The notes under the pieces were generated by a model. The model ran no database searches. It had not been told where the DNA came from and saw nothing but the letters and a program-made list of their open reading frames with translations. The position numbers and the translations under genes are program-made. 64,000 nucleotides of DNA. Source: a virus. The number at the start of each line of letters is the position of its first letter. Position 1 is the first letter of the stretch. The DNA lies in the IMG/VR virus record IMGVR_UViG_3300008120_000016, positions 1-64,000 of that record. One strand, 5' to 3'. Shown here in pieces: positions 44,673-54,800 of the stretch.

Positions 44673-45691
44673 AAACAATTATGGAAGAGTCTATTAAAAA
44701 TTTAGAAAATGATTTTTATTCTAAACCTTTTGATTTTTCTTATAGCAGTTTGAATAAACTTATGTGGAATCCACAAGCTTTTTATCAAATGTATGTATTA
44801 GGAAATAGAGAGGAGAAAACTGAATCATATCTTGTTAATGGTAAAGTAATTCACTGTCTTCTTTTAGAACCAGAAAAGTTTGATGAGCAATTTATTGTTT
44901 CACCAAGCGTACTTCCTACAGGAAATACTAAAATAGTAGTAGACTCTGTATTTAGACATGCTGTTGAATTACAATCACAAGGTGATCAAAGAACAGAGTT
45001 TGTAGATTTTACTGATGCTGTGTTAGATGTATTGGTTGATATGAATCTTCATCAAGCACTTAAAACAGATCAACAGCGTATAGATAAAGTTTATACTTCA
45101 GAAGCTATAAATTATTGGAATTTTCTTGTAACTAAAGGAAATAAAACTCTTATTGATCAAGAAACTTATAATTTTTGTAAAACAGCAGTTGATATTGTAA
45201 AAACTGACGATATTATCTGTTCATTAATTGGTTGCAATAAGAACGACTTTGATAATAAAGAAGTGTTTAATGAGATACCACTAAGATCAATTATAAATGA
45301 TAAAAACTTTGGTATTAAGGGTATTATTGACAATTTAGTTATTGATCATGACAAGAAAATTTTGTATATTAATGATATAAAGACAAGCTCAAAAGATCTT
45401 AAAGATTTTTCTGAATCTATCGAATTTTATAATTATTGGTTACAAGCTTCAATTTATATAGCACTTGTTAGTAGTAATTTTATGGCACTAATAGACATGG
45501 GTTATGAACTCAAGTTTCATTTTGTTGTTATAGATAGAAACTATCAAACATATGCTTTTCCATTGACAAATCAAACTAGAGAAGCATGGTTTAAAAAGTT
45601 AACAACAGTGTTAGAGAAAGCAGAATGGCATTATTCAAATAAAAGTTATACATTGCCTTATGAATTTGCTCTACAAACAGTTACACTTTAA
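44663..45691 (+). CDS. PD-(D/E)xK exonuclease (RecE/ExoVIII-like)
   Basis: SYSSL...GKVIHCLLLEP, KGIIDNL...INDIKT and YWLQASIY motifs. Confidence 0.85.
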   Translation: MELETIMEESIKNLENDFYSKPFDFSYSSLNKLMWNPQAFYQMYVLGNREEKTESYLVNGKVIHCLLLEPEKFDEQFIVSPSVLPTGNTKIVVDSVFRHAVELQSQGDQRTEFVDFTDAVLDVLVDMNLHQALKTDQQRIDKVYTSEAINYWNFLVTKGNKTLIDQETYNFCKTAVDIVKTDDIICSLIGCNKNDFDNKEVFNEIPLRSIINDKNFGIKGIIDNLVIDHDKKILYINDIKTSSKDLKDFSESIEFYNYWLQASIYIALVSSNFMALIDMGYELKFHFVVIDRNYQTYAFPLTNQTREAWFKKLTTVLEKAEWHYSNKSYTLPYEFALQTVTL

Positions 45692-45704
45692 ACAAGATAA
45701 TGAA

Positions 45705-46265
45705 ATGATAGATAAACTCTATGGTAAATATTTTCAAAAATCAAGATCATTTTTATTTCCTGCTTTAGGAATTAAAAAGCAGAGTCATATAACTCCTTCT
45801 GGAACCTATTTATGCATAGAAGATAAAATCCGAGTTGAGGATTTGAAATTAATATGTACTTACAGGGATGATGGATCACAGGGATTTAAAACTTTTGAAG
45901 AGCAAATGCTCGTCGGAAATCCACTATTTGTTGAAAAATTTAAAGTGGATGGGTTTAGTATCTATGTGTTTGATTTAGAAATATATTCACAAGATTATAT
46001 CAATTTTTTATTAGGTAAATATTCAAAATTATCAAATCAATTAAAAAAAGCTATTAGATTGTATTATGGTGAAAGTTCACCAGAATATAAATTTATAGAT
46101 AGCTATTTATACCCGGATAAATATTTTGAAGTTTATGCTAAACTTTTAGGAGTTAGCATAAGTACATTGAAAAAAATTGGAGAATTATGTAATCCTGTAG
46201 ATATTGATAAAGAAACATTAAAAATTCCCTTAGAAGAGCTATCTAAATTAAATAAAATGATATAG
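45705..46265 (+). CDS. Conserved hypothetical protein
   Basis: YFQKSRSFLFPALGI...; start reassigned to 45705. Confidence 0.6.
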   Translation: MIDKLYGKYFQKSRSFLFPALGIKKQSHITPSGTYLCIEDKIRVEDLKLICTYRDDGSQGFKTFEEQMLVGNPLFVEKFKVDGFSIYVFDLEIYSQDYINFLLGKYSKLSNQLKKAIRLYYGESSPEYKFIDSYLYPDKYFEVYAKLLGVSISTLKKIGELCNPVDIDKETLKIPLEELSKLNKMI

Positions 46266-46285
46266 ATTTGTAAAAAAACCAATCA

Positions 46286-46681
46286 ATGGAAAAAACAATG
46301 TTATTAATTACTTCAAGTTGGGGAAGTAAGAAAACTTTTAAAATGATCCCAGCTAGTTCAAATTCAGTGTATAATGAAGTTATTTTTGATTTAGATAGTA
46401 AAGTTCTTGCTTTAATATCTAAAGAGAAAAAAGACTCATTACATATGCTACCTAAGCTTAATGAATTTGGAGATCCTGAAATTATGAAAATCGGTAAACG
46501 TGCTAATGGTAAAGAATTTAAGGAAGAACGTAAAAACTTAGAAACTTACTATGAATATTATATTGAAGATTTAAATGAGATTAAATATTTTATTGATAAA
46601 GTTGCTATTAATGCTGCTGATTTTAATTTTAATCAATATCTTGAATCTTCTGAAAAAGCACACGTATCATCACTTTTATAA
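46286..46681 (+). CDS. Conserved hypothetical protein
   Basis: 131 aa; preceded by a TAGATTTG box at 46263-46270. Confidence 0.6.
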   Translation: MEKTMLLITSSWGSKKTFKMIPASSNSVYNEVIFDLDSKVLALISKEKKDSLHMLPKLNEFGDPEIMKIGKRANGKEFKEERKNLETYYEYYIEDLNEIKYFIDKVAINAADFNFNQYLESSEKAHVSSLL

Positions 46682-46698
46682 CCCATCAGCATAGAAGG

Positions 46699-46725
46699 AA
46701 GGCAGACATTTGTCTGCCTTTTTTT
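46699..46725 (+). terminator. Rho-independent terminator
   Basis: AAGGCAGACA/TGTCTGCCTT stem followed by Ts. Confidence 0.75.
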
Positions 46726-46766
46726 GTCACATGTCACGGGGAAACAGCTTAACTGAATTATATCAT

Positions 46767-48692
46767 ATGAATGATATACACTACGTAATGGACTATGAAA
46801 CAATTTGTAATTGTTTTATTGCCGTTTTTGAACATTATAAAACTGATGAAAGAAAGGTTTTTGTTATTCATGACTCACGTAATGACTTGCCTGATTTTAT
46901 TAACTTTTTAAATGAAAATAAAAGTAGAAATCAATGGCATATTTCATTTAACGGATTAAGTTTTGATGCACAAATAACACAAAAAATAATTGATAAACAA
47001 AAAGAACTCTTAAAGCTTAATACTCAACAAATTGTAGAGTTTATTTACAATTATGCTCAAAGTGTAATTAGCAAATCAAACAAAAATGAATTCTTAGAAT
47101 ATGCTCCATATAAGCTTAAAATAAAGCAAATTGATCTTTTTAAGCTTAACCACTGGGATAATAAAGCTAAGATGAGTGGTTTAAAATGGATACAATATTC
47201 TATGGATTGGCAGAATGTAGAAGAAATGCCACATCCTCACTTTGAACCTGTGACAGATGTTCACACTTTGAATTCAATAATTAACTATTGTATAAATGAT
47301 GTTAAATCGACCAAACAAGTATTAAGTCTATCAAAAGAACAAATACTTTTAAGAAAAACTTTAACAAATGAATACAATATTGATTTATTTAATGCATCAG
47401 AACCTAGAATATCTAAAGAACTCTTTCTTTATTTCTTAGAAAAGAAAACCGGTATTGAAAAATCTCACTTAAAAACACTTCGGACACCTAGATCACACAT
47501 TGTATTAGCAGATTGCATACTACCTTACGTAAGTTTTCAAACTCCTGAATTTAAAAAAGTCATAGATTATTTTAAATCTAAAATTATTACATCTACTAAA
47601 GATGGGTTTAAATATAGTTTAGATTTTAAAGGAGTTAAAACAGACTATGGTTTAGGTGGTATACATGGTGCAGCATCAGCAGGTGTATATGAAGCTAAGC
47701 CCGGATGGACAATAATGACATCGGACGTTACTAGTTTCTATCCTAATCTAGCTATTAAAAATGGTTTTCACCCAGCTCATCTTCCTCAGAAAGAGTTTTG
47801 TGAGCTGTATGAATGGTTCTTTGAGGAAAGAAAAAAGTATCCTAAAACTGATCCAAAAAACTATGTGTATAAGATTATCCTTAATAGTACATATGGTTTG
47901 ACAGGTGACGAAAATAGTTTCCTATATGACCCCAAGATGACTATGCAGATTACTATTAATGGTCAGCTATTATTATCAAAACTTGCAGAAATGTTAAGTT
48001 TTGCTATTCCAGAAGGTCAGCCTCTTATGCTAAACACGGATGGTTTAGAAATGATGATTCCAAGTGATAAAGTAGAAATATATATGAAAGCATGTGAAGA
48101 GTGGGAAAAACTTACACAACTTTCATTAGAGCATGATCAATATAGCAAAATGATCATACGAGATGTAAATAACTACATGGCTGTAAACACAGCAGGAAAA
48201 GTAAAATGTAAAGGTGCTTTTGAATGGGAAGATTTAGAAAAAAAGAAAGTAGCTATTCTTCATAAGAATAAATCTTTTTTGATTATTCCTAAAGCTATAT
48301 ATGCATTCTTTGTTCATGGTACAAAACCAGAGGATTTCTTAAAAGATAATCAAAATATCTTTGATTATTGTGCCGGTGTAAAAGCTAAAGCTGGTTGGTA
48401 TTTTGAAGAAAGAAAGTTAGAAAATGGCGAATTAGTTATTCAAAAGTTACAAAAAATCATAAGATATTATATTTCTAATAACGGTAGTAAACTAGTAAAA
48501 TGCCATAATGATGGTAGAGAAATACAAGTAGAATCCGGTGAATGGTTACAAACAACAATTAATAAAATTGATGATGTTGATATTAGCAAGTATAATATTA
48601 ATACGAAATATTATTTACAAGAGATTTATAAAGAAATAGAAAACATACAAAACGTTTCTTATAAATCGTTTAAACAATTATCTTTATTTTAA
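46767..48692 (+). CDS. polB: DNA polymerase family B with 3'-5' exonuclease
   Basis: YVMDYET (exo I), SFNGLSFD (exo II), SDVTSFYP, KIILNSTYG and NTDG motifs; start reassigned to 46767. Confidence 0.93.
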   Translation: MNDIHYVMDYETICNCFIAVFEHYKTDERKVFVIHDSRNDLPDFINFLNENKSRNQWHISFNGLSFDAQITQKIIDKQKELLKLNTQQIVEFIYNYAQSVISKSNKNEFLEYAPYKLKIKQIDLFKLNHWDNKAKMSGLKWIQYSMDWQNVEEMPHPHFEPVTDVHTLNSIINYCINDVKSTKQVLSLSKEQILLRKTLTNEYNIDLFNASEPRISKELFLYFLEKKTGIEKSHLKTLRTPRSHIVLADCILPYVSFQTPEFKKVIDYFKSKIITSTKDGFKYSLDFKGVKTDYGLGGIHGAASAGVYEAKPGWTIMTSDVTSFYPNLAIKNGFHPAHLPQKEFCELYEWFFEERKKYPKTDPKNYVYKIILNSTYGLTGDENSFLYDPKMTMQITINGQLLLSKLAEMLSFAIPEGQPLMLNTDGLEMMIPSDKVEIYMKACEEWEKLTQLSLEHDQYSKMIIRDVNNYMAVNTAGKVKCKGAFEWEDLEKKKVAILHKNKSFLIIPKAIYAFFVHGTKPEDFLKDNQNIFDYCAGVKAKAGWYFEERKLENGELVIQKLQKIIRYYISNNGSKLVKCHNDGREIQVESGEWLQTTINKIDDVDISKYNINTKYYLQEIYKEIENIQNVSYKSFKQLSLF

Positions 48693-48704
48693 AAATCAAC
48701 AACT

Positions 48705-49550
48705 ATGCCTCCTAAAGTTCCTATTTACACAGAACAACAATTAAGACAAGTACCTCTCCCTACACATGGTGGGAGATATGCTGTTGTTCCACACGGGGAT
48801 GTTATAGACGAAGTTAAAAAACAGCTTAATAATGCTGGATTAACAATTAGAGAAGTTATTTATAAAATGACTTCGGACGGACAAGTAGCTCAAGGTATTT
48901 ATTATCTTGAAGAGGCTACAATACAAGAAATGGGTATGATGTTTGCCTGGTCTAATAGTTATAATAAAACTATGAGATTTAAATGTGCAATAGGTGCTCA
49001 TGTATTTGTTTGTGGTAATGGTGTTTTACGTGGAGATATGGGAAATTATTCTCGTAAACATTCTGGTACAGCAAAGCAAGATGTGTTTAATCAAATTCAA
49101 GATCAGATAACAAATGCATTATCTCATTATAATTCATTAATAGCTGATAAGCAATTGTTAGAAAATGTTATTCTTACTCCTAGAGATAAGGGTCAAATAT
49201 TAGGAGAATTATTTGCTAACGATGAGATTCTTACTCTTACTCAAGTAGGTATTGTAAAACGTGAGATAGACAAGCCGTCCCACAATTACAATTCACATTT
49301 GAATTCAGCGTGGACTATGTATAATCACATTACACTAGCCCTAAAAGAATCACATCCATCCACTTATTTAAAAGATCATGAAAGAGTTCATGAATACTTT
49401 GTAAATAAATATGGTCAGTTAGTAACTGCTAAAATTCCTATGGAAGAAGTTGCTGATGTTCAAGGAGAACCAGATTTTGAAGAGCAATCTGTGTTATCTT
49501 TACCTGGATCTGATTTTGATATTGATAAATTAGGTGTGAATTTTATGTAA
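48705..49550 (+). CDS. DUF932/DUF945-like protein
   Basis: YAVVPH, NSY, CGNG, SRKHSG and SAWTMYNHIT motifs. Confidence 0.72.
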   Translation: MPPKVPIYTEQQLRQVPLPTHGGRYAVVPHGDVIDEVKKQLNNAGLTIREVIYKMTSDGQVAQGIYYLEEATIQEMGMMFAWSNSYNKTMRFKCAIGAHVFVCGNGVLRGDMGNYSRKHSGTAKQDVFNQIQDQITNALSHYNSLIADKQLLENVILTPRDKGQILGELFANDEILTLTQVGIVKREIDKPSHNYNSHLNSAWTMYNHITLALKESHPSTYLKDHERVHEYFVNKYGQLVTAKIPMEEVADVQGEPDFEEQSVLSLPGSDFDIDKLGVNFM

Positions 49551-49707
49551 TACTAACTAAACTAAAGGGGGGTGAAAACCCCCTTCTAGTTTATATTAAA
49601 CTATTAATATGATAGAACACAAAAATTATCAAAGAAAAAATACTTTTACAGGTTGGGTGTATCATATTTATCTTGTAATTTTATCAATGTTTAGTAATCC
49701 AAGATAA

Positions 49708-50403
49708 ATGATAATAGGTATTAATGGTTATAGTGGTTCTGGAAAAGACACATTAGGTGTATTAATACAATATATAAATTGTTTTAATGTAGGAGAAGTA
49801 TCTATAGAAGATATACTAAATGATTATACATCTCATCAATGGTGGCTTGAAGAACAATCAGGTTGGGAAATTAAAAAATATGCCGGCAAACTTAAAACCA
49901 TAGGATCTTTGTTAACAGGGATACCAGTTGAAAAGTTTGAGGATCAAGAATTCAAAAAAACAAGACTCTCAAGTGAATGGAACATTCACGGTATGCCAAT
50001 GACAGTGAGAGAATTTTTGCAGAAACTTGGTACTGATGCATTAAGAGATGGGTTACACTCAAATGCATGGGTAAATGCTTTATTTGCTGATTATAAAAAA
50101 GAATTTTCAGAGTGCGGTGTTAGTAAAGCAGGTACAACAATAAATTGTGCAAAATACCCAAACTGGGTTATTACAGATGTTAGATTCCCTAACGAAGCTA
50201 AAGCCATTAAAGATAGAGGTGGGGTAATGATTAGAATTGATAGACCATTTGTAAAACCTATTAATAATCATCCATCAGAAATAAGTTTAGATACTTGGAA
50301 ATTTGATTACAAAATTGCAAACGTCTCAGATTTAGTATCTCTAAAGTTTACAATTAAAAACATTTTAGAAGAAGTTAATGAAAATAATAAAACAAAAAAC
50401 TAA
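49708..50403 (+). CDS. Deoxynucleoside monophosphate kinase
   Basis: GYSGSGKDT, REFLQKLGT, ITDVRFPNE and HPSE motifs. Confidence 0.88.
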   Translation: MIIGINGYSGSGKDTLGVLIQYINCFNVGEVSIEDILNDYTSHQWWLEEQSGWEIKKYAGKLKTIGSLLTGIPVEKFEDQEFKKTRLSSEWNIHGMPMTVREFLQKLGTDALRDGLHSNAWVNALFADYKKEFSECGVSKAGTTINCAKYPNWVITDVRFPNEAKAIKDRGGVMIRIDRPFVKPINNHPSEISLDTWKFDYKIANVSDLVSLKFTIKNILEEVNENNKTKN

Positions 50404-51229
50404 AACCCTTATAACAAAAGATAATGGGAGAAGCTCTGATGCAGTTTCTCCCAATTTTGTCTATGGATGTTTAGGAGGTTGTATGAACAGTTATTGTTAT
50501 GTAGGTAGATATAATCACGATAAGGTGTATATAAATGAAAACACAGGTGATATATTATTATCTATAGATAGTTGGGTTGAACAACAACCATGGCCTAAAA
50601 CTCCTAATCAATGTGATGATAAATATTATGTAATTGATATAGGATGTAGTACAGATGTACCTCTAATGAGTAAGCACTATGATTGGCAAAAAGTGTTTAA
50701 TCATTTTAATTTTCATGATAAAATTAAAAGCACATTTGCCACTAAGTATCCATCAATGTTTGATCCTACTAAATATAATTTAGACGAAAATAAACATAGA
50801 ATTAGGGTGAGCTTAATGCCTCAGAAATATAGTAATGTACTAGAACCCAACACTGATCTTATATTTGATCGCATACAATCTATACCAAGGCTACAGAAGT
50901 ATATGGAAGTGCATATAAACTTCAGTCCTATTATCTTCCATGATGGATGGTTATACGAATATGACGAATTGTTTAGGGAAATAGCATATTCAAAAATTGA
51001 TACAAAATGTGAATGTATTTTTCTTACTTATAATGATATACAATATGAAAGAAATGCTCCTATTGTAAATCATTTATGCTGGAAACCAGAAATACAAGAA
51101 AAGAAAGATTCACATTATGCACCCGATAATATTAGATACAAATGGCAATTAAAAAGAGATATGATTGCAGATTTTACTAATTTGTACTCTAGATATTTTA
51201 ATCCTTCAAATATTAGATATATTTTTTAA
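50378..51229 (+). CDS. Spore photoproduct lyase-like radical SAM protein
   Basis: GRSSDAVSPNFVYGCLGGCMNSYCY, FATKY, RIRVSLMP, VHINFSPII and NIRY motifs. Confidence 0.78.
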   Translation: MKIIKQKTKTLITKDNGRSSDAVSPNFVYGCLGGCMNSYCYVGRYNHDKVYINENTGDILLSIDSWVEQQPWPKTPNQCDDKYYVIDIGCSTDVPLMSKHYDWQKVFNHFNFHDKIKSTFATKYPSMFDPTKYNLDENKHRIRVSLMPQKYSNVLEPNTDLIFDRIQSIPRLQKYMEVHINFSPIIFHDGWLYEYDELFREIAYSKIDTKCECIFLTYNDIQYERNAPIVNHLCWKPEIQEKKDSHYAPDNIRYKWQLKRDMIADFTNLYSRYFNPSNIRYIF

Positions 51230-51231
51230 TC

Positions 51232-51549
51232 ATGAAACCATTAGCAAGAGAATTTTTATTAAAAAGAGGGTTCTGTTGCCATAATGGTTGCAAATATTGT
51301 CCTTATATGAATACAGTAAGTGAAGCTGAAGAAACATTTTGTATGTTTAAATTAGGAATGGAAGGTTCCTACATGACATCTTTAATAACTACAATATTTA
51401 AAGGTGATATGAATCATAGATTTAAATTAGCCAAGGGCTATCCAGATTTAGTAGAAGTATGTAATAGATACAATAATGAGTCAGGATACTGGCAAGAGTT
51501 AGTAGAAAGATGGAATTCTTTAAATCCTAATCATAAACTTGTATATTAA
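51232..51549 (+). CDS. Protein with an N-terminal CCHNGCKYCPY Zn-finger-like motif
   Basis: LLKRGFCCHNGCKYCPY (DUF5522-like) in frame with a further ~80 aa. Confidence 0.6.
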   Translation: MKPLAREFLLKRGFCCHNGCKYCPYMNTVSEAEETFCMFKLGMEGSYMTSLITTIFKGDMNHRFKLAKGYPDLVEVCNRYNNESGYWQELVERWNSLNPNHKLVY

Positions 51550-51812
51550 TGAATGAAGGTATTGGAGAAGATAATCTGTGTGTTAAGGTTTACGATCCGA
51601 CGGGTCCTAAACTTATTGCTGTTTATGAAAGCTTGCGAAAAGCATCAAACAGACTAGGTGTTACATATAAAGTTGCTAAAAATGCAACTGTTAATAAGAA
51701 TAGAATACATTCTCCATTATTAAACATGGATGTAGCTGTTCGAGTAAATAAAAAAGGACCTGAAGATATTTTACTAATATCTAAAACGACTAGTAAAGGT
51801 AAATTAGATTAG
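51549..51812 (+). CDS. NUMOD1-like DNA-binding protein
   Basis: LIAVYESLRKASNRLGV. Confidence 0.5.
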   Translation: MNEGIGEDNLCVKVYDPTGPKLIAVYESLRKASNRLGVTYKVAKNATVNKNRIHSPLLNMDVAVRVNKKGPEDILLISKTTSKGKLD

Positions 51813-51818
51813 AAAACA

Positions 51819-51852
51819 ATAGTAAAGTGGTCAATTTAGACCACTTTACTAT
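51819..51852. terminator. Bidirectional terminator between convergent modules
   Basis: 14-bp perfect stem ATAGTAAAGTGGTC/GACCACTTTACTAT. Confidence 0.78.
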
Positions 51853-54800
51853 CTTTTCTGTAAGTTTTCAAATGCTTTAAGAGCATCTTCTGGATGTATA
51901 GTTCTTCCCGTGTATCCTACAAATGATCTCATAAATTCAGCTACAATTTTAGCATCCCCTTTATCTTTTAATCCACTTTGATCTACGTCTTTTTTATAGT
52001 ATAAACTACCTTCAAAATTAAAGAATGGAGTAGCATCTAATAAATGCATTCCTAAAAGTTTACTAATTTTAATATAACGTGTGGTTTCATTAAAAAGAAG
52101 TGATGGATTACTATAAACTCCTTTAATCTCATCAAGACCGGCATACGGTAAGAATTGTTCTGTTTCTGATTTTACTTTTAAAAGAATGAATAATGTAGCT
52201 CTATGTGCCCAGTTCTTTTCTTTAAGTTTTTTGAAACGATCTGGATCATCTGGATCCCATCCCAGTAACAAACTAGTAACTGCTATGATGCTTAATACAA
52301 TTGCTATATCTGCAAGTGTTCTTTTAATAGCTCTTTTTTCAAAATCAGAATAATTTTCCCAATTTACAAGGTTGTTCCAATTAAATTTAACAAGATCCTT
52401 TCCCCAACTTTGTATAAAAGTTATATAAAAACCTTGCTCAGGTGACATGCTTTCGTAATCAGCCCTTCTTTCACCCCATCTGTTAACTCCAATAGGTAAG
52501 AAGTATTTTCTAAAGAAAAATGCCATACGACCAAGAGATGTTTTTTCAGCATATGATCTGTCAAACTTAGCATAAGAACCATTTAATCTTTTCTGCATTG
52601 CATGCAGCTTTCCTATAATATTGCTAAATTCACTACTGCCAAGTTGAAATACATTTTTGTACTCATCTTTAACAACTAAAACACCTTCTTTATCTTGTTC
52701 AAAAAGATCTAATAAATTAACATCTAAACTATCCCATTCTTCAAGTGCTTTTAATTTTAATTCACTAATTTCTCTAGGTGTTAAATTTTCAACATCTGTT
52801 CCTATTTTTAGTGTAATAAAGTCTTCTTTGTCTACCATTTTTCCATCATAAAGACGAACGTTTTTCATAAAGGCAATGAAAGATTTCATTTGAATTTCCC
52901 ACTCACCCCAGACTTTACCGGCAAACAAACCCAATTGTAATATATTTTTTGCTTTATTAAAGTTTGTTTTTTGCCCATATTCATTTTCAAATTCTCCTTG
53001 TATAGGATCAAAATATTCCATAATTTGACCCCAAAATGAAAGCATTCCTACTTTAGTGTAATCGGACATCAAGTCTTTAATAGCTGAACCATATTTACCA
53101 CTTCCATATATATCACTATGAGCTGATCCATATTCTTTCATAGTGTACAATTTACCACCTATACCTTCCACCATGTTTTGAATATTACCACTTATCCAGT
53201 TTGTAGCCCAGTTTAATGGAGCAGCACCTAACATTGTAAAGCTACTTAAACCCATCAAAGCATTTACAGCTTTTTGTGAGTTAACTCCTAATACATCAAT
53301 TCCTTGAAAATATTCTTCGTTATACATTACAGAATTTACAAAACTCTTTAATGTATCTAATCTAATATTAGTTCCTTTATTTATACGAGCAGCCTCAAGT
53401 TCAGGTATATACTTTTTATAAATATTATTTAATATCAGATTTCTTTGTTCTGTTTTAGGTTGGTTTGCTTTATCACCAAGTATAGATTCTAATCCGTTAA
53501 TAAAAGCTAAATCTTTTTCTAGTTCCTTTTTACGAGTAACTGAACCTAGATAACCTAACACTCCTCCCCAAACATTATAACTTGCATTTTCAGCTTCACC
53601 CTTTGTACTAAATCTAACAGGGACATATTTAATTTCTTCATTGTCCATTGTAGCTAGTTTAGCTATGTCATTTCTACTATCTGCTTCTTGTGTAGGGATA
53701 CCAGTTTGATCAACATCCTGATCTGTACGAGTAAATGCTCTTTTTATATATTGTCCAAAACTAGTAAGTCTAGATTGAGTTTTGCTTGTTATATTTTCAC
53801 CTTTAGTTTCAATTGTTCTTTCTAAACCTTGTTTTTCTAAAAACGGAACAGCTAATCCTAATCTTTGACTTAATTCTATTTCTTGTTGTGATTCAAGCAT
53901 CTTACTAGAAATATAGATTAAGTTTTCATAATCAACTTTTTCCATTTGATCAGCAGTACCATTGTTAACTCGATTGCGTAATTCAACAAAATCTTTATTT
54001 AAATAAGGATGATCTACACCATATTCTTTACGATATGCCTCATTTGTTTTTGGTTTGAATCTATTTTTAACATCCAAATTATTAGGATCTCTTAGAAGTA
54101 TTTTTTGCCCTTTTTCATTAATATAAAAATCTCTTTGAACTGATTTTACAAAATGTGACCCAGGTTTTATTTCAATATATTTTTCAACAGGCATACTTCT
54201 CAACCATTGTGATGTTGGAGTATCTGTCCTTGCAACACGTTTTCTTCCATCTTCATCCTCATATAGCACTTTAACCTTAATAATATGGTTATTCATGTAC
54301 CACTCTGACTCCTTAAATTCTTCTAAATATGTACCTTCTTGTTTTAACTGATCCATTGTGATCATTCGAGAATCAGCAAACATTTGCATTTGTTTTTCTA
54401 ACTCTTCATCATAATATTTTGTTCTTTCTTTTTTACTCATTGAAAAAATTTCATCATTTATTTCTTTGAGTCTTTTTAATTTTTTAGCAAAATCAGGATC
54501 TGCTAACATCCGCATATCAATTCGTTGTTGAGCTTTTTCACGGAGTTCATCAAGCTCACGTTGACTATAGTCAAATCCATTATTTTTAGCATAATACAAA
54601 GCATCTACACGATTTTTTTCTTCACGTGTATAACCATTAAATATGCTAACTTCAGATGTATCTTTTAAGTATTCTAATCTTGTTTCAATCTCTTTAAGCT
54701 TTTTAGCTGATTCTTTACTAAGCATAGTACCTCTTACATAACCATCTTTATCTTTATATGTACCTGTTAAATTGCGAAGTTGTTTGTATAAATCACTAAT

